Assembly (NCBI GenBank): GCA_963628765.1
Contig: CAVGFV010000099.1
Coordinates: forward strand, 1 to 62,448
From: Succinimonas sp.
GTDB taxonomy: Bacteria > Pseudomonadota > Gammaproteobacteria > Enterobacterales > Succinivibrionaceae
Length of the DNA stretch: 62,448 bases
Direction: 5' to 3'
The notes under the pieces: generated by a model
The model's input: only the letters and a program-made list of their open reading frames with translations
The model's database searches: none
What the model was told of the DNA's origin: nothing
Translations under genes and position numbers: made by a program
Part shown: in pieces, positions 39,680 through 50,764 of the stretch
How positions within the stretch are numbered: the first letter of the stretch is position 1
How the letters are laid out: each line of letters opens with the position of its first letter

Positions 39680-42600
39680 TCATAGAGTTTGGTAAGCCAC
39701 TGCCGCTTGCCCATTTAAAATATATTTAAGGTCATCAAGTAATTCATCACAAGGCTCAACGCAAATTTTGCTTGGTATAACCATAGCTCCCGCATTGGTC
39801 TCATAAAGAACTTCAATCGGCATTTTTCCAGGGTAGCGCTCTAAAATCTTATGTATTTCTGAGACACCTCCGCATTTCTTAAGCACATTATCACTGAGCT
39901 TAAGGCGCAATGATTTCCCATATCTTTCACGGGCTTGGATAACGTCAATTATTTCATTTACAAAAATTTTGTTCTTTTTGTTGTAGTTATCGTAGCCCAC
40001 AGAACCTTGAACCACCACGAGCATATCATCGTGGAGGATATCCTTGTACTTTTCATAATCGTCGCGCCAAAGGGAGAACATAAGTTCCCCGGTAAAGTCG
40101 ACGATATCCCCTTGCATAAACTTCTGCCCAGACTTTGTGGTTCTAAATTCCAAATGGTTTACCACACCTACTGCGGTAACGCGGTGTCTATCCTCATTTC
40201 CAAAACCCCGCGCTTCTGGTCTTAAATCATTAATACAAGAAGTACTGAAGTTTAAAGCCTCTTCTCGGTAGCGATTCATAGGGTGTCCAGTAAGGTAAAG
40301 ACCTAAAGTTTCAATCTCACCATCTAAATTTACTTTATCAGGGTACGGTTTTACCTTGGGATATGGAGGATCGTTAAAGGCATCGAAATTACCGCCACCA
40401 AAAAGATCCATTTCCCCCGTTGCACGGTCTTGGGTGGCTTGGCTATTTAATTTAATTGCCGAGTCTACACAAGCCATCAATGCCGCTCTATGAGGACCGA
40501 TCTTATCTAAAGCTCCCGCTTTAATAAGAGCTTCTAGAACTCTTCTTGTCATATAACGGCCATCAATGCGACGGCAAAGGTCAAAGATACTGGTAAATGG
40601 ACGTTTTTTACGTTCTTCCATAATAGCTGTAACAGGAGCTTCACCAACCCCCTTTATAGCACCAAGGCTGAAAACCACATGTCCTTCCTTATTAACAATA
40701 AAGTGAACTTCACCTTCATTGATATTAGGAGGAACTACTGGAATTCCTAATCTCCGGCATTCGTTTACATAAACCACTACCTTATCAGTGATTTCCTTAT
40801 CGGCTGTCATCATCGCAGCTAAGAATTCCGCAGGGAAGTGGGTCTTAAGCCAGAGGGTTTGGAAGCACACTAACGCATAAGCCGCCGAGTGGGATTTATT
40901 AAAGCCGTATTTTGCGAACTTTTCCACCATGTCGAAGATCTTCATTGCAAGATCGCCGTCGATGCCTTTATCCTCAGCACCCTTACGGAATTTGGCACGT
41001 TGTTTCTGCATCACGTCCATCTGCTTTTTACCCATAGCACGACGGAGAATATCTGCACCGCCTAAGCTGTAGCCCGCCATGGCTTGAGCAATTTGCATTA
41101 CCTGTTCCTGGTAAATAATTACACCATAGGTAGGTTTTAAAATAGGCTCTAAGCACTTATGCTCAAATTTAGGGTCTGGGTAAGCGATTTTTTCTTTACC
41201 GTGCTTTCGGTTTACGAAGTTATCCACAAGTCCACAACCTAAAGGACCTGGGCGGTACAGAGCCACCAACGCAATGATATCTTCAAAGCAGTCTGGTTGA
41301 AGCTTACCTATAAGTTCACGCATGCCCTTAGATTCAAGCTGGAACACCGCTGTAGTTTCTGTGGATTTTAAGACCTCATAAGACTCATGGTCGGCAAGGT
41401 CGATTCTCCTTATATCCACTTCTGGCTTACCTTCGCGTTTCATTCTCTCGTTAATCATGTCGAGAGCCCATTTAATAATGGTTAAGGTACGAAGGCCCAA
41501 GAAGTCGAATTTTACAAGACCAGCTTCTTCAACGTCGTGCTTATCGAATTCAGTCTTAAAATCGAGACCTTGTTCGTCACACATAAGTGGGGCAAAATCC
41601 GTAATCACTGAAGGCGAAATTACCACACCACCAGCGTGTTTACCGTGTGAGGTGGTTAAACCTTCTACGCGCATGGCGATATCTACAACGCTTCTGATCT
41701 CTTCATCCTTGGCATAACGCTCACGAAATTCCTTCGCAGCATCATCATTAGGATCTTTTGGTTCCGAAAGAGCTTCTTTTAAGGTGTAATCCAGCTTATC
41801 GTTTACCTTCTTAGGTAGCATCTTGGCGAGCATGTCGCCAAAGCTATAGCTCTTCCCCATAACACGGGCCACCGCCTTCACAGAGGCTTTGGCGGCTAAG
41901 GTACCAAAGGTAATAATCTGTGATACCGATTGTCTCCCGTAGAGATCCGCTACGTGCTGAATAACAAGACCACGGTTATCCATACAGAAGTCCACGTCGA
42001 AGTCCGGCATGGAAACACGCTCTGGGTTTAAGAATCTTTCGAAAAGGAGATCGTAAGGTAACGGATCGAAATCGGTAATTTTAATAGCGTAGGCAACTAA
42101 AGAGCCACCACCAGAACCGCGTCCTGGCCCTACTGGAATACCGTGAGCTTTAGACCATTGAATGAACTCCATCACGATAAGGAAGTAACCCGGGAAGTCC
42201 ATCTGAATAATTACTTTTAGTTCTTTTTCAAGACGCTCAAGATAACGTGGGCGTACCTCGGCCCGCTTTACAGGATCCGGATACAAAAAGTTTAAACGTT
42301 TTTCAAGGCCTAAATAGGATTCCTTCTTTAAGAATTCAGCATCGGTAAGACCACCTGTTGGAAACTTCGGAAGATAGTTTTTACCAAGATGCATGTGTAC
42401 GTTACAGCGTTCCGCAAGGTACACCGTATTTTCAATCGCTTCAGGAATATCCTTAAAGAGCTCGATCATTTCCTCCTGAGAACGGAGATACATCTTAGGA
42501 GTATAAGGAGGATTCCAGTTGGTATCCGCGAGAGTGACCTTATCTTGAATGGCTACACGAATTCTATGAATCTCAAAATCTTCTTCCTTCGCAAATTCCA

Positions 42601-43213
42601 CACAGTTTGTGGCAATCACAGGAACATCAGCCTTATTCGCTAAAACTAAAGCTTCCTTGATGTACTTTTCTTCCCCATTTCTACCAATACGGCTTAATTC
42701 AAGATAATAGGAATCAGGATAATACTTCTTATAGAAGGCGATACGCTCTAAAGCTAAATCACTACGATTATTTAAGATGAAATGGCCAATATCGCCATCG
42801 ACGCCACCTGATAGAACAGCCACCCCTTCACAATACTTTTTAAGCCAAGAAAATTTCACACAGAAATTGTAGTCAATGGTCCCTTGACGGTAGCCATCCG
42901 CTTGAAGTTCTACAATATTGCGATAGCCGACCTCATTCAAAGCAAGCATAACCAGGGTAAAAAATTCTTTTTTACCACGGTTAACAGTATCGTCTAAAAC
43001 ACAGAGCTCGATACCAAAAATTGGCTTCATTCCCACTTTAAGGGCACACTCATAGAGCTTTACGGAGTTACACTGATTCATATGGTCCGTAATTGCGAGT
43101 GCTGGCATGCCTAATGCTGCAGCCTTATTTACTACATTCTTGACATCCAAAAGGCCATCACGAATGGAGTAATCGGTATGAACGTGGAGATGCACGTATC
43201 TCAAATCAGCCAT
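39680..43213 (-). CDS. dnaE: DNA polymerase III alpha subunit
   Basis: PHP HLHVHTDYS..DG, GPGRGS, FERFLNPERVSMPDFDVDF, GFNKSHS. Confidence 0.99.
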   Translation of the reverse strand: MADLRYVHLHVHTDYSIRDGLLDVKNVVNKAAALGMPALAITDHMNQCNSVKLYECALKVGMKPIFGIELCVLDDTVNRGKKEFFTLVMLALNEVGYRNIVELQADGYRQGTIDYNFCVKFSWLKKYCEGVAVLSGGVDGDIGHFILNNRSDLALERIAFYKKYYPDSYYLELSRIGRNGEEKYIKEALVLANKADVPVIATNCVEFAKEEDFEIHRIRVAIQDKVTLADTNWNPPYTPKMYLRSQEEMIELFKDIPEAIENTVYLAERCNVHMHLGKNYLPKFPTGGLTDAEFLKKESYLGLEKRLNFLYPDPVKRAEVRPRYLERLEKELKVIIQMDFPGYFLIVMEFIQWSKAHGIPVGPGRGSGGGSLVAYAIKITDFDPLPYDLLFERFLNPERVSMPDFDVDFCMDNRGLVIQHVADLYGRQSVSQIITFGTLAAKASVKAVARVMGKSYSFGDMLAKMLPKKVNDKLDYTLKEALSEPKDPNDDAAKEFRERYAKDEEIRSVVDIAMRVEGLTTSHGKHAGGVVISPSVITDFAPLMCDEQGLDFKTEFDKHDVEEAGLVKFDFLGLRTLTIIKWALDMINERMKREGKPEVDIRRIDLADHESYEVLKSTETTAVFQLESKGMRELIGKLQPDCFEDIIALVALYRPGPLGCGLVDNFVNRKHGKEKIAYPDPKFEHKCLEPILKPTYGVIIYQEQVMQIAQAMAGYSLGGADILRRAMGKKQMDVMQKQRAKFRKGAEDKGIDGDLAMKIFDMVEKFAKYGFNKSHSAAYALVCFQTLWLKTHFPAEFLAAMMTADKEITDKVVVYVNECRRLGIPVVPPNINEGEVHFIVNKEGHVVFSLGAIKGVGEAPVTAIMEERKKRPFTSIFDLCRRIDGRYMTRRVLEALIKAGALDKIGPHRAALMACVDSAIKLNSQATQDRATGEMDLFGGGNFDAFNDPPYPKVKPYPDKVNLDGEIETLGLYLTGHPMNRYREEALNFSTSCINDLRPEARGFGNEDRHRVTAVGVVNHLEFRTTKSGQKFMQGDIVDFTGELMFSLWRDDYEKYKDILHDDMLVVVQGSVGYDNYNKKNKIFVNEIIDVIQARERYGKSLRLKLSDNVLKKCGGVSEIHKILERYPGKMPIEVLYETNAGAMVIPSKICVEPCDELLDDLKYILNGQAAVAYQTL

Positions 43214-43224
43214 TATCCTTTCTC

Positions 43225-43899
43225 CTAAAAAAGCTCACCACTTTTTCCAGAAATTAATACTTCGTCCACAAAATGCCCAGCATTCTTAGCGAGAATCTCT
43301 TGCACCGGGCGGTAACTCCTTCGGTAGCATTTCAAAACGCCATACTTTTGAATAGCCTCTAAATGCGCTTGGGTAGGATACCCTTTATGTTTTGCAAAGC
43401 CATAATTTGGAAATTCCGTATCGAGTTTCTTAAGCTCACGATCCCGGGTGACCTTAGCTAAGATAGAAGCCGCACTTATTTCCGGAACTCTTGCATCGCC
43501 TTTTACTACCGCAAGAGCTGGTATCCCGAGATTTTTCGGAACCTTATTACCATCTACTAGCACCATGCCTGGCTTTACTGAGAGAGCTTTAACTGCACGT
43601 TCCATGGCGAGCATAGAGGCCCACAAAATATTAAGGTTATCGATTTCTTCAGGAGTCGCTTCCCCAATACCAAATGCTAATGCTTTTTCACAAATTTCCT
43701 CAAAAAGCATCTCGCGCTTCTTTTCAGAAAGCTTTTTAGAATCATTTAATCCTTGAATAGGACGCTTAGGATCTAGAATTACTGCTCCCGCCACCACATT
43801 ACCCACCAAGGGGCCACGTCCAGCTTCATCAGTTCCAGCAAACATTAATCCCGAATCTAATGGAGGATATTCAAAGGGAGGAAAAATTATAGATGACAC
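43225..43899 (-). CDS. rnhB: Ribonuclease HII
   Basis: [35 protein letters not shown] 43899 follows AAGGAG. Confidence 0.97.
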   Translation of the reverse strand: MSSIIFPPFEYPPLDSGLMFAGTDEAGRGPLVGNVVAGAVILDPKRPIQGLNDSKKLSEKKREMLFEEICEKALAFGIGEATPEEIDNLNILWASMLAMERAVKALSVKPGMVLVDGNKVPKNLGIPALAVVKGDARVPEISAASILAKVTRDRELKKLDTEFPNYGFAKHKGYPTQAHLEAIQKYGVLKCYRRSYRPVQEILAKNAGHFVDEVLISGKSGELF

Positions 43900-43983
43900 A
43901 CAAGCTCCTTGAAAGCAAAAATCCAAAGGAAGTTCTCGATCTTAAATTGTTTTCACAAATAGGTAAAGGAAATAAATTAGCTG

Positions 43984-45153
43984 TTATTTTTCAGCTTGTT
44001 GAATTACAGCTTCCGCAGCAAGAACATCGGAATTGATACGGAGCTTACGATGGATCTTAGAAAATTCCAACATCTGATCGCGGTTTTCACTTGTATAAAT
44101 GCGTCTTACTTCTTCACAGATATTGTCCGGTGTGCAATCATCTTGAATGAGTTCAGGAACAATACGTCTACCTGCTAAAAGATTTGGAAGGGAATAGTTA
44201 TCAACCTTAAGAACACGACGCCCGATCATAGCAGTCACTCTACTTACTATGTAGCAAACTACCATACGTTTCTTTAATAGCATGGCTTCAAGAGTGGCTG
44301 TTCCGGAAGCTAAAATTACCGCATTAGATGCCGCCATAACCTCTTGGGACTTACCGATCCAAATATTAAGAGGGATATTAGGAGCATGTTCCTTCCAAAG
44401 TTTACTTATAAGCTTGGCTTTTTCTAAACTAGTAGCCGCACAGATAAAACGCATCACGGGGAAGGTTTTTTGTAAAAGATACGCTGCTTCGGCAAATTCA
44501 GGTGTTAGGAAGGTGATTTCGGCAGTTCGGCTACCTGGCATAATTGCAGTAACCTGGTTGCTCTTAAAGGCATCTTCTGTAAATCCCAAAGCAATTCTTG
44601 CTGCAGTCATGGAGGATTCCATCGGAATCTCACGCGCGAGACGGTGCCCTACATAGGTACAAGGAGCATCGTATTTATCGTAAAACTCTTTTTCAAAAGG
44701 CAGGATAGAAAGCACCATATCGGTAGCTTCTTTGATTTTAAAGATTCTCCCAGTACGCCAAGCCCAAACAGATGGACTCACGTAATGCACAGTATGAATA
44801 CCGGCTTTCTTTAGAAAAAGCTCCACATCCAAATTAAAGTCGGGAGCATCAATACCCACAAAGACATCTGGGTGGACTTCAAGGATCTGCTTTTTGAAAA
44901 TTTTTCTGAGTTTTAGAAGTCTAAATAAGGATTTTAGAACTTCCCCTATTCCCATAACAGAAAGCTCCTCCATATCGTAGAGTTGCATTCCTCTGCTACC
45001 CACCGCATCTCGAATTAGAGGTCCAAAAATACCAATAAAGGTCGCTTTAGGATCTCTTACGAGAATTTCACGTATAAGCCCAGCTCCTAGAGCGTCTCCA
45101 GAAGCTTCACAGGCTGCTAGTGCATAAATATGGGAACGGTTTTCTGTTGTCAT
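43984..45153 (-). CDS. lpxB: Lipid-A-disaccharide synthase
   Basis: EASGD.LG, IDAPDFN, HYVSPSVWAWR, PGSR..E, SGTATLE. Confidence 0.98.
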   Translation of the reverse strand: MTTENRSHIYALAACEASGDALGAGLIREILVRDPKATFIGIFGPLIRDAVGSRGMQLYDMEELSVMGIGEVLKSLFRLLKLRKIFKKQILEVHPDVFVGIDAPDFNLDVELFLKKAGIHTVHYVSPSVWAWRTGRIFKIKEATDMVLSILPFEKEFYDKYDAPCTYVGHRLAREIPMESSMTAARIALGFTEDAFKSNQVTAIMPGSRTAEITFLTPEFAEAAYLLQKTFPVMRFICAATSLEKAKLISKLWKEHAPNIPLNIWIGKSQEVMAASNAVILASGTATLEAMLLKKRMVVCYIVSRVTAMIGRRVLKVDNYSLPNLLAGRRIVPELIQDDCTPDNICEEVRRIYTSENRDQMLEFSKIHRKLRINSDVLAAEAVIQQAEK

Positions 45154-45942
45154 TTATCTGCAGATACCACGGGTGCTTTCTTTAAGGAAATCCACAAGAA
45201 GCTGAACAGATGGCTCTTGTTCAACAAGAGGAGCAAGCTTTTCAATAGCTTCTTCAATGGTCTTACTTTCCTTGTAGACTACCATATATGCGTGACGAAT
45301 TATAGAAATTGCTTCTGGAGAAAAGCCACGTCTCTTAAGACCTTCCTTATTGATACCAAATGGCTTGGCATAATGACCTGCAGCCATTACAAAAGGAGGT
45401 ACGTCTTGGTTAAGAGCTGCCATTCCAGCGATAAATGCATGATCACCTACACGACCAAACTGATGGATTGCCGCAAGGCCACCAAAAATTACCCAATTAC
45501 CGATAGTAACGTGTCCAGCAAGGGTAGCATTATTAGCGAAAATACAGTCATCACCAACCTGACAGTCATGAGCTACGTGTACATTAACCATCAAAAGGTT
45601 TCTACTACCAACACGAGTTACAGTAGAGCCTTGAACAGTGCCTCTATGTAAAGTACAGTGTTCACGGATTACATTGTCATCGCCAACTTCAAGATAGGTT
45701 CTTTCACCGTTATATTTCTTGTCTTGGCAATCTTCACCCAAAGTAGCGAATTGGAAAATCTTGTTTCTCTTGCCAAGCTTCATAGGACCACGTAGCACAC
45801 AATGTGACGCAATCTGGGTATCGGCACCAATTTCAACTTCCGGGCCAATCCAAGTCCAAGGTCCAACTTTTACCCCCGGTCCTATAATAGCATCGGGACT
45901 AACAATAGCTTCTGGATGAATAACAGCAGTGCTGTCGATCAT
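45154..45942 (-). CDS. lpxA: UDP-GlcNAc O-acyltransferase
   Basis: Hexapeptide repeats, QDKKY.GE, HVAHDC, GL.RRGF. Confidence 0.98.
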   Translation of the reverse strand: MIDSTAVIHPEAIVSPDAIIGPGVKVGPWTWIGPEVEIGADTQIASHCVLRGPMKLGKRNKIFQFATLGEDCQDKKYNGERTYLEVGDDNVIREHCTLHRGTVQGSTVTRVGSRNLLMVNVHVAHDCQVGDDCIFANNATLAGHVTIGNWVIFGGLAAIHQFGRVGDHAFIAGMAALNQDVPPFVMAAGHYAKPFGINKEGLKRRGFSPEAISIIRHAYMVVYKESKTIEEAIEKLAPLVEQEPSVQLLVDFLKESTRGICR

Positions 45943-45965
45943 AAGAAACTCCCCCTACTCAAATC

Positions 45966-46436
45966 TTAATCACGACGCTTAGCACACATAAGTTCTGCAG
46001 AGCAGACTTCGTGGCCATCAACTGAAGCAACTCCAGTAAATTTAGCGATGCCGCGACGTTCTTTCAAATATTCTACGTCTAGGATCAACTGGTCACCTGG
46101 TAATACAGGACGCTTAAAACGTGCATGATCAATTGAAGCAAAATAATAAAGTTCGTCAGGTTGTGGCTTACCAACCATGGTAAAAGCTAAAATACCTGTA
46201 GCTTGCGCCATAGCTTCAAGAATAAGAACTCCAGGAAGAACTGGCTTTCCTGGGAAGTGTCCCTGGAAAAACGGCTCATTGATAGATACATTCTTTAATC
46301 CACGTAAAGTCTTATGTTCGCCTTCGATGTTATAGCTTAATACGCGATCCACCAAAAGAAACGGATAACGATGCGGAAGTAAATTAAGAATTTGTTGAAT
46401 ATTCAAATCCAAAGCAGGGGTATTAGTATCGCTCAC
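45966..46436 (-). CDS. fabZ: 3-hydroxyacyl-ACP dehydratase
   Basis: [33 protein letters not shown]. Confidence 0.98.
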   Translation of the reverse strand: MSDTNTPALDLNIQQILNLLPHRYPFLLVDRVLSYNIEGEHKTLRGLKNVSINEPFFQGHFPGKPVLPGVLILEAMAQATGILAFTMVGKPQPDELYYFASIDHARFKRPVLPGDQLILDVEYLKERRGIAKFTGVASVDGHEVCSAELMCAKRRD

Positions 46437-46457
46437 TTCTCTTATTCCTTACTTTTA

Positions 46458-47513
46458 TCACTTTTTTTCGTCTGTATTTTTTGCATCATTTGGAAGTAAA
46501 GAGCCGATTTTCTTCTCTAAAGCTACCAAACGATTATAAATATCGCCAATTTGGTACAATCTTACTAGTGTACGCCACCATTTAGAGGCCTCCATTACTG
46601 GGAGGAAGGAATGGTATTTACCAGGTTTATCAATATCGCTTCCTACTTGACCTAATACCTGAACGCCATCACACACCTTAAGATGTCCATTAAATACTGA
46701 AGTACCACCTACAATACAGTATTTACCAAGTTCTACACTGCCGGCTAGCACTGTGGCACCAGCAATGGCTGTACCATAGCCAATCTTATCATTATGGGCA
46801 ATTTGTACTTGGTTGTCTATTATAACATTGTCCGCAATAACGGTATCGTCGACAGCACCACGATCCACTGTTGTGGAGGCACCGATTTCTACGCGGTTAC
46901 CTATTACTACGCGACCGAGCTGAGGGATCTTTACCCACTCACCTCTTTCATTGGCATAACCAAAGCCATCAGAACCAATAACACAACCTGATTGGAAGAG
47001 GCAGTTATCACCTACCACGCAGTCATGGTAAATTGAAACATTGGCCCATAATTTGGTATTTTTGCCAATTACAGTATTCTTTCCTACAAAGCAGTTTGGT
47101 CCAATTTGAGCACCAGAACCAATCTTTGCACCAGCTTCAATCACAGCATTAGCTCCAATAGCAGCATCTGGCGCTATTTCAGAGCTAGGATCTACAACAG
47201 CTGAAGGATGTATCCCTATAGCTGCACTTCTCGGAGTCGTATCAAACATCTGTGCAACTTTTGCAAAAGCTACATAAGGATCTGACACCACTATATAGTT
47301 AATCTTTACATCAGGTAGCACATCGTTCTCTTTTACAAGAACTGCACCTGCCTTAGTGGAGGCAAGATATTTCAGCATTTTTTTATCGGACAAAAAACTT
47401 ATTTCGTCAGGATTAGCAGTGTGAAGATTCGCAATCTTATTCACAACTGTTTCATCATTACCGATGATTTTGCCACCTAATTTTTCAGCAATATCTTTAA
47501 TTAGCATGCTCAT
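46458..47513 (-). CDS. lpxD: UDP-3-O-acyl-glucosamine N-acyltransferase
   Basis: DPY.AFA, IGSDGFGY, DRGA..DT, DNQVQIAHN. Confidence 0.98.
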   Translation of the reverse strand: MSMLIKDIAEKLGGKIIGNDETVVNKIANLHTANPDEISFLSDKKMLKYLASTKAGAVLVKENDVLPDVKINYIVVSDPYVAFAKVAQMFDTTPRSAAIGIHPSAVVDPSSEIAPDAAIGANAVIEAGAKIGSGAQIGPNCFVGKNTVIGKNTKLWANVSIYHDCVVGDNCLFQSGCVIGSDGFGYANERGEWVKIPQLGRVVIGNRVEIGASTTVDRGAVDDTVIADNVIIDNQVQIAHNDKIGYGTAIAGATVLAGSVELGKYCIVGGTSVFNGHLKVCDGVQVLGQVGSDIDKPGKYHSFLPVMEASKWWRTLVRLYQIGDIYNRLVALEKKIGSLLPNDAKNTDEKK

Positions 47514-47537
47514 ATCTTGCCCCTTAAGCCAACAAAA

Positions 47538-48047
47538 TTACTTTGACTTGCTTACGATGCTGATTACTTCATCAGAAATTTCGAGAGATTCATCTCCAAG
47601 ATATACAGCACCTTCTGAACGTAAAACTACAGAAAGATTCTTCTTCTTAGCAACTTCATCAATAGCGCTCTGAACAGTCTTATTGATTTCAGCCTGTTCT
47701 TTAGCAGTGAGCTTCTGTTCTGCTTCACGGAATTCAGAAACTTTAACCTTCATTTCTGCATCGAGCATCTGAAGTTCACGCTGCTTCTTTAAAGAATCAT
47801 TCTGGCTAATCTTTGGATCAGAAAGAGCCTTCTGGATTGCCTTGTAATCATTTTCCATCTTTTCTAAAGCGCGTCTCTTAGAATCAAGAGCACTCTGAAT
47901 CTTATTCTGTGCAGCCTTGGTCTGAGGGATCTTTGACATTACGTAGCCGTAATTGAAAAGACCAATATTGATATCCTTAGCTTCTGCTGATACTGAACCA
48001 GCGATTAAAGCTGCAGAAACAAGTGCAGAAGTTAGTAATTTCTTCAT
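47538..48047 (-). CDS. skp: Periplasmic chaperone Skp/OmpH
   Basis: Signal peptide, coiled coil, position between bamA and lpxD. Confidence 0.88.
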   Translation of the reverse strand: MKKLLTSALVSAALIAGSVSAEAKDINIGLFNYGYVMSKIPQTKAAQNKIQSALDSKRRALEKMENDYKAIQKALSDPKISQNDSLKKQRELQMLDAEMKVKVSEFREAEQKLTAKEQAEINKTVQSAIDEVAKKKNLSVVLRSEGAVYLGDESLEISDEVISIVSKSK

Positions 48048-48281
48048 TGCAATTTCCTTTTATAATAACGTGCAGAAAGAACTGCATTTTTTACTAAAAT
48101 AGGTATGTTAAACTGCAACATTCCTAATTTTTTGCCTTTAAGTAAAAGTGAGAATTTGTATCCTCACCTCCACTAATTTTATAAAGCCTAACTTAGTTAA
48201 CGCAAATTCATATTATACACATGAATATAGGCTTTATATGATCTTGTATCTTTGGCATTGCGATACAAGATCAAGTTCTAA

Positions 48282-50756
48282 CTAAAATGTCTTACCTAAA
48301 CTGAAACTAAAGAATTCGGTACGGTCACCATCCTGTTTCTTAAGAGGACGTGCCAAGGTGAAACCGATAGGCCCCATAGGAGACACCCAAATAAGGGTAG
48401 CACCCGCAGACATTCTGTACTTCATAGGATCTGAGAAGTCGTAAATATAGTTACAACGTCCGAAACACTGACCAATAGCATCCTTGTCATAGGAGGTATC
48501 CCAAACGGAACCCACATCGAGGAACAAGGTAGTTCTTAGTGAGGTTTCATAACCTTCAGAGGCAAAAGGAGTCGGCACTACGAGCTGGAGACTTCCTGCA
48601 ACAATTGCGTTACCACCCACGGCTTCTCTAGTACCCATAACACCCATATTACCCATCATAAAGGTATTATAAAGTGCCTTAGGCCCCGCAGAGTTATATT
48701 TAAAGCCTCGGAGCCATTCATCACCGCCCACATAATAGTTTTCAAAGAATGGGAAGATTTCATCTTTACCATCTTTCTTACCATAACCATTACCATAGCC
48801 CGCTTTCGCACGGAAATTAATTATGTAGTGGCGCTCTTTATCTAGAGGGAAGAAGTGGGTGGTATCGGCACCGGCCTTATAAAACTTGGTATCAGAGCCT
48901 GGTACAGCAATAGTGCCATAAACACTTTGACGACTACCATCGGTTGGTAAAATAGCACGGTCTAAGTAATTTCTACTGTAGCTAATACCAGCCTTATAGT
49001 TTTGGAAAATAACCTTACCATTCTTGGTATTGTCAGAAGCGTATAAATCCCAGAATTTCTGTACTTGAATATAGGAGTTAGTCTGAGAAAGACGGTTATG
49101 TTCATATCCCAGGCTGTAACTTATGAAATTATGTTCATCTAGAGGGTAACCTAGGGTTAAACTACCACCAAATTTTTCATTGGTATAGTCAACGATATTA
49201 GCATCACCCGCTTCGAATTTTTCATAAAAGATATTACCACCAAGACTAACCCCATCTACAGTAAAGTAAGGTTCATTGTAGTTAAGGTCAATCTTTTGGT
49301 CATACTTATTGGTATTGATGGCAATACTAGCGCGGCCACCGTAACCCAAGAAGTTATCCTGAGAAATTTCACCATTAAGGTTAATACCAGTTTCAGTACC
49401 AAAACCAATACCAGCCTTAATAGAACCCGTAGGACGTTCCTTCACAGTGGTAACTACTTCAACGGTATCGCCATCGGTACCAGTTTTTTGGGTGGTGATA
49501 TCTACTTTTTCAAAGAAGCCTAACTGATCCAATCTTCTCTTAGAAGTATTGATAGCTTCGTTAGAAAGCCAAGTGCCATCCATTTGACGCATTTCACGAC
49601 GAATAACTTCGTCGGTAGTTACGGTATTACCAACAATCTTCACATCGGTAACATAAACTCTGCGGCCTGGTTCTACTGCAAAATTCAGCGATACCAACTT
49701 GTTTTCATCATCGATCACAGGAATGGCATGCACCTTGGTATAGGCATAACCAAACTTACCCATGTAATTGGTCAAAAGCTCTTCGGTGTGAGAAACCTGA
49801 GCCGCATCGTAAGTTTCACCAGATTCTAGAGGAATAAGTTTTTCCATTTCCTCTTTGTGGCCATAGGTCTCGCCGATAACTTGGAATTTATCAAAGTTAT
49901 ATTGGTCACCTTCGTTGATAGCGATACTTAAATAGATACCTTTTCTATCAGGAGTTACTTCAACTCTAGTAGAATCAACCTTAAAACGTACATAACCACG
50001 ATTCATGTAATATGAGCGTAAGGTTTCTAAGTCACCATTAAATTTCTGTGCCTGGAAGGTTCTATCTGCAATAAAGTTCCACCAAGGCACATGATCTCTA
50101 AGTTCTAGTTGGGCTAACAGTTTTTCTTCTGGGAAACTCTTGTTACCCACAATGTTGATCTGTTCAATCTTGGCACTCACTCCTTCAGTGAAATTAAACT
50201 TTACATCCACACGGTTACGTGGCAAGTACACTAGGATGGTACTAACCTTGGCTTGATAGCGACCGGTACTGGTGTAGTAATCTTCCAAAGAGCTTTCAAG
50301 CTCTTTAAGATTTTCTACATTAAGGATTTCACCTGTTTTAACGTTCTGAGCTTTAATGATTTCATCAAGCTGTTCTTCTTTAATCGCAGAGTTACCAGCA
50401 TAAGTAACGTTAACGATAGTTGGACGTTCTTTAACGTTAATAACTAGGGTGCCATTATCTTTATAAGAAGCACTAACATCATCGAAGTTATTAGTCTTAA
50501 AAACCTTTTTCAGCGCAAGTGAGATATCTTCCTTAGTAACATCATCACCAGCCTGTATCGGAAGTGCTAATAAAACAGCTCCCTTAGTAACACGATAAAG
50601 ACCTTTTACTTCAATATCATTTATATGCATGAGAGCTGGTACTGACTGTGAAACAGAAGCACCTGTTCCATTCGACGAATCCTGAGCATTTGCGGCATAA
50701 GCAAATGTTCCCGTCATTGCAATACATAACCCCAAGGCCAGCTTAGTAAGCGACAT
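48282..50756 (-). CDS. bamA: Outer membrane protein assembly factor BamA
   Basis: POTRA repeats, LRGF motif, SPMGP, C-terminal F. Confidence 0.98.
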   Translation of the reverse strand: MSLTKLALGLCIAMTGTFAYAANAQDSSNGTGASVSQSVPALMHINDIEVKGLYRVTKGAVLLALPIQAGDDVTKEDISLALKKVFKTNNFDDVSASYKDNGTLVINVKERPTIVNVTYAGNSAIKEEQLDEIIKAQNVKTGEILNVENLKELESSLEDYYTSTGRYQAKVSTILVYLPRNRVDVKFNFTEGVSAKIEQINIVGNKSFPEEKLLAQLELRDHVPWWNFIADRTFQAQKFNGDLETLRSYYMNRGYVRFKVDSTRVEVTPDRKGIYLSIAINEGDQYNFDKFQVIGETYGHKEEMEKLIPLESGETYDAAQVSHTEELLTNYMGKFGYAYTKVHAIPVIDDENKLVSLNFAVEPGRRVYVTDVKIVGNTVTTDEVIRREMRQMDGTWLSNEAINTSKRRLDQLGFFEKVDITTQKTGTDGDTVEVVTTVKERPTGSIKAGIGFGTETGINLNGEISQDNFLGYGGRASIAINTNKYDQKIDLNYNEPYFTVDGVSLGGNIFYEKFEAGDANIVDYTNEKFGGSLTLGYPLDEHNFISYSLGYEHNRLSQTNSYIQVQKFWDLYASDNTKNGKVIFQNYKAGISYSRNYLDRAILPTDGSRQSVYGTIAVPGSDTKFYKAGADTTHFFPLDKERHYIINFRAKAGYGNGYGKKDGKDEIFPFFENYYVGGDEWLRGFKYNSAGPKALYNTFMMGNMGVMGTREAVGGNAIVAGSLQLVVPTPFASEGYETSLRTTLFLDVGSVWDTSYDKDAIGQCFGRCNYIYDFSDPMKYRMSAGATLIWVSPMGPIGFTLARPLKKQDGDRTEFFSFSLGKTF

Positions 50757-50764
50757 ACTTTAAA

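Noticed and set aside
39680..43213. Intein in dnaE
   Set aside because: Normal length (1177 aa) and contiguous motifs.
43908..43935. GAACTT upstream of rnhB as a sigmaE promoter
   Set aside because: Poor -10, and the implied start would fall within the rnhB SD.
48251..48278. GAACTT upstream of skp as a sigmaE promoter
   Set aside because: The -10 position reads GCCAA/CCAAA, a poor match, and lies within an inverted repeat.
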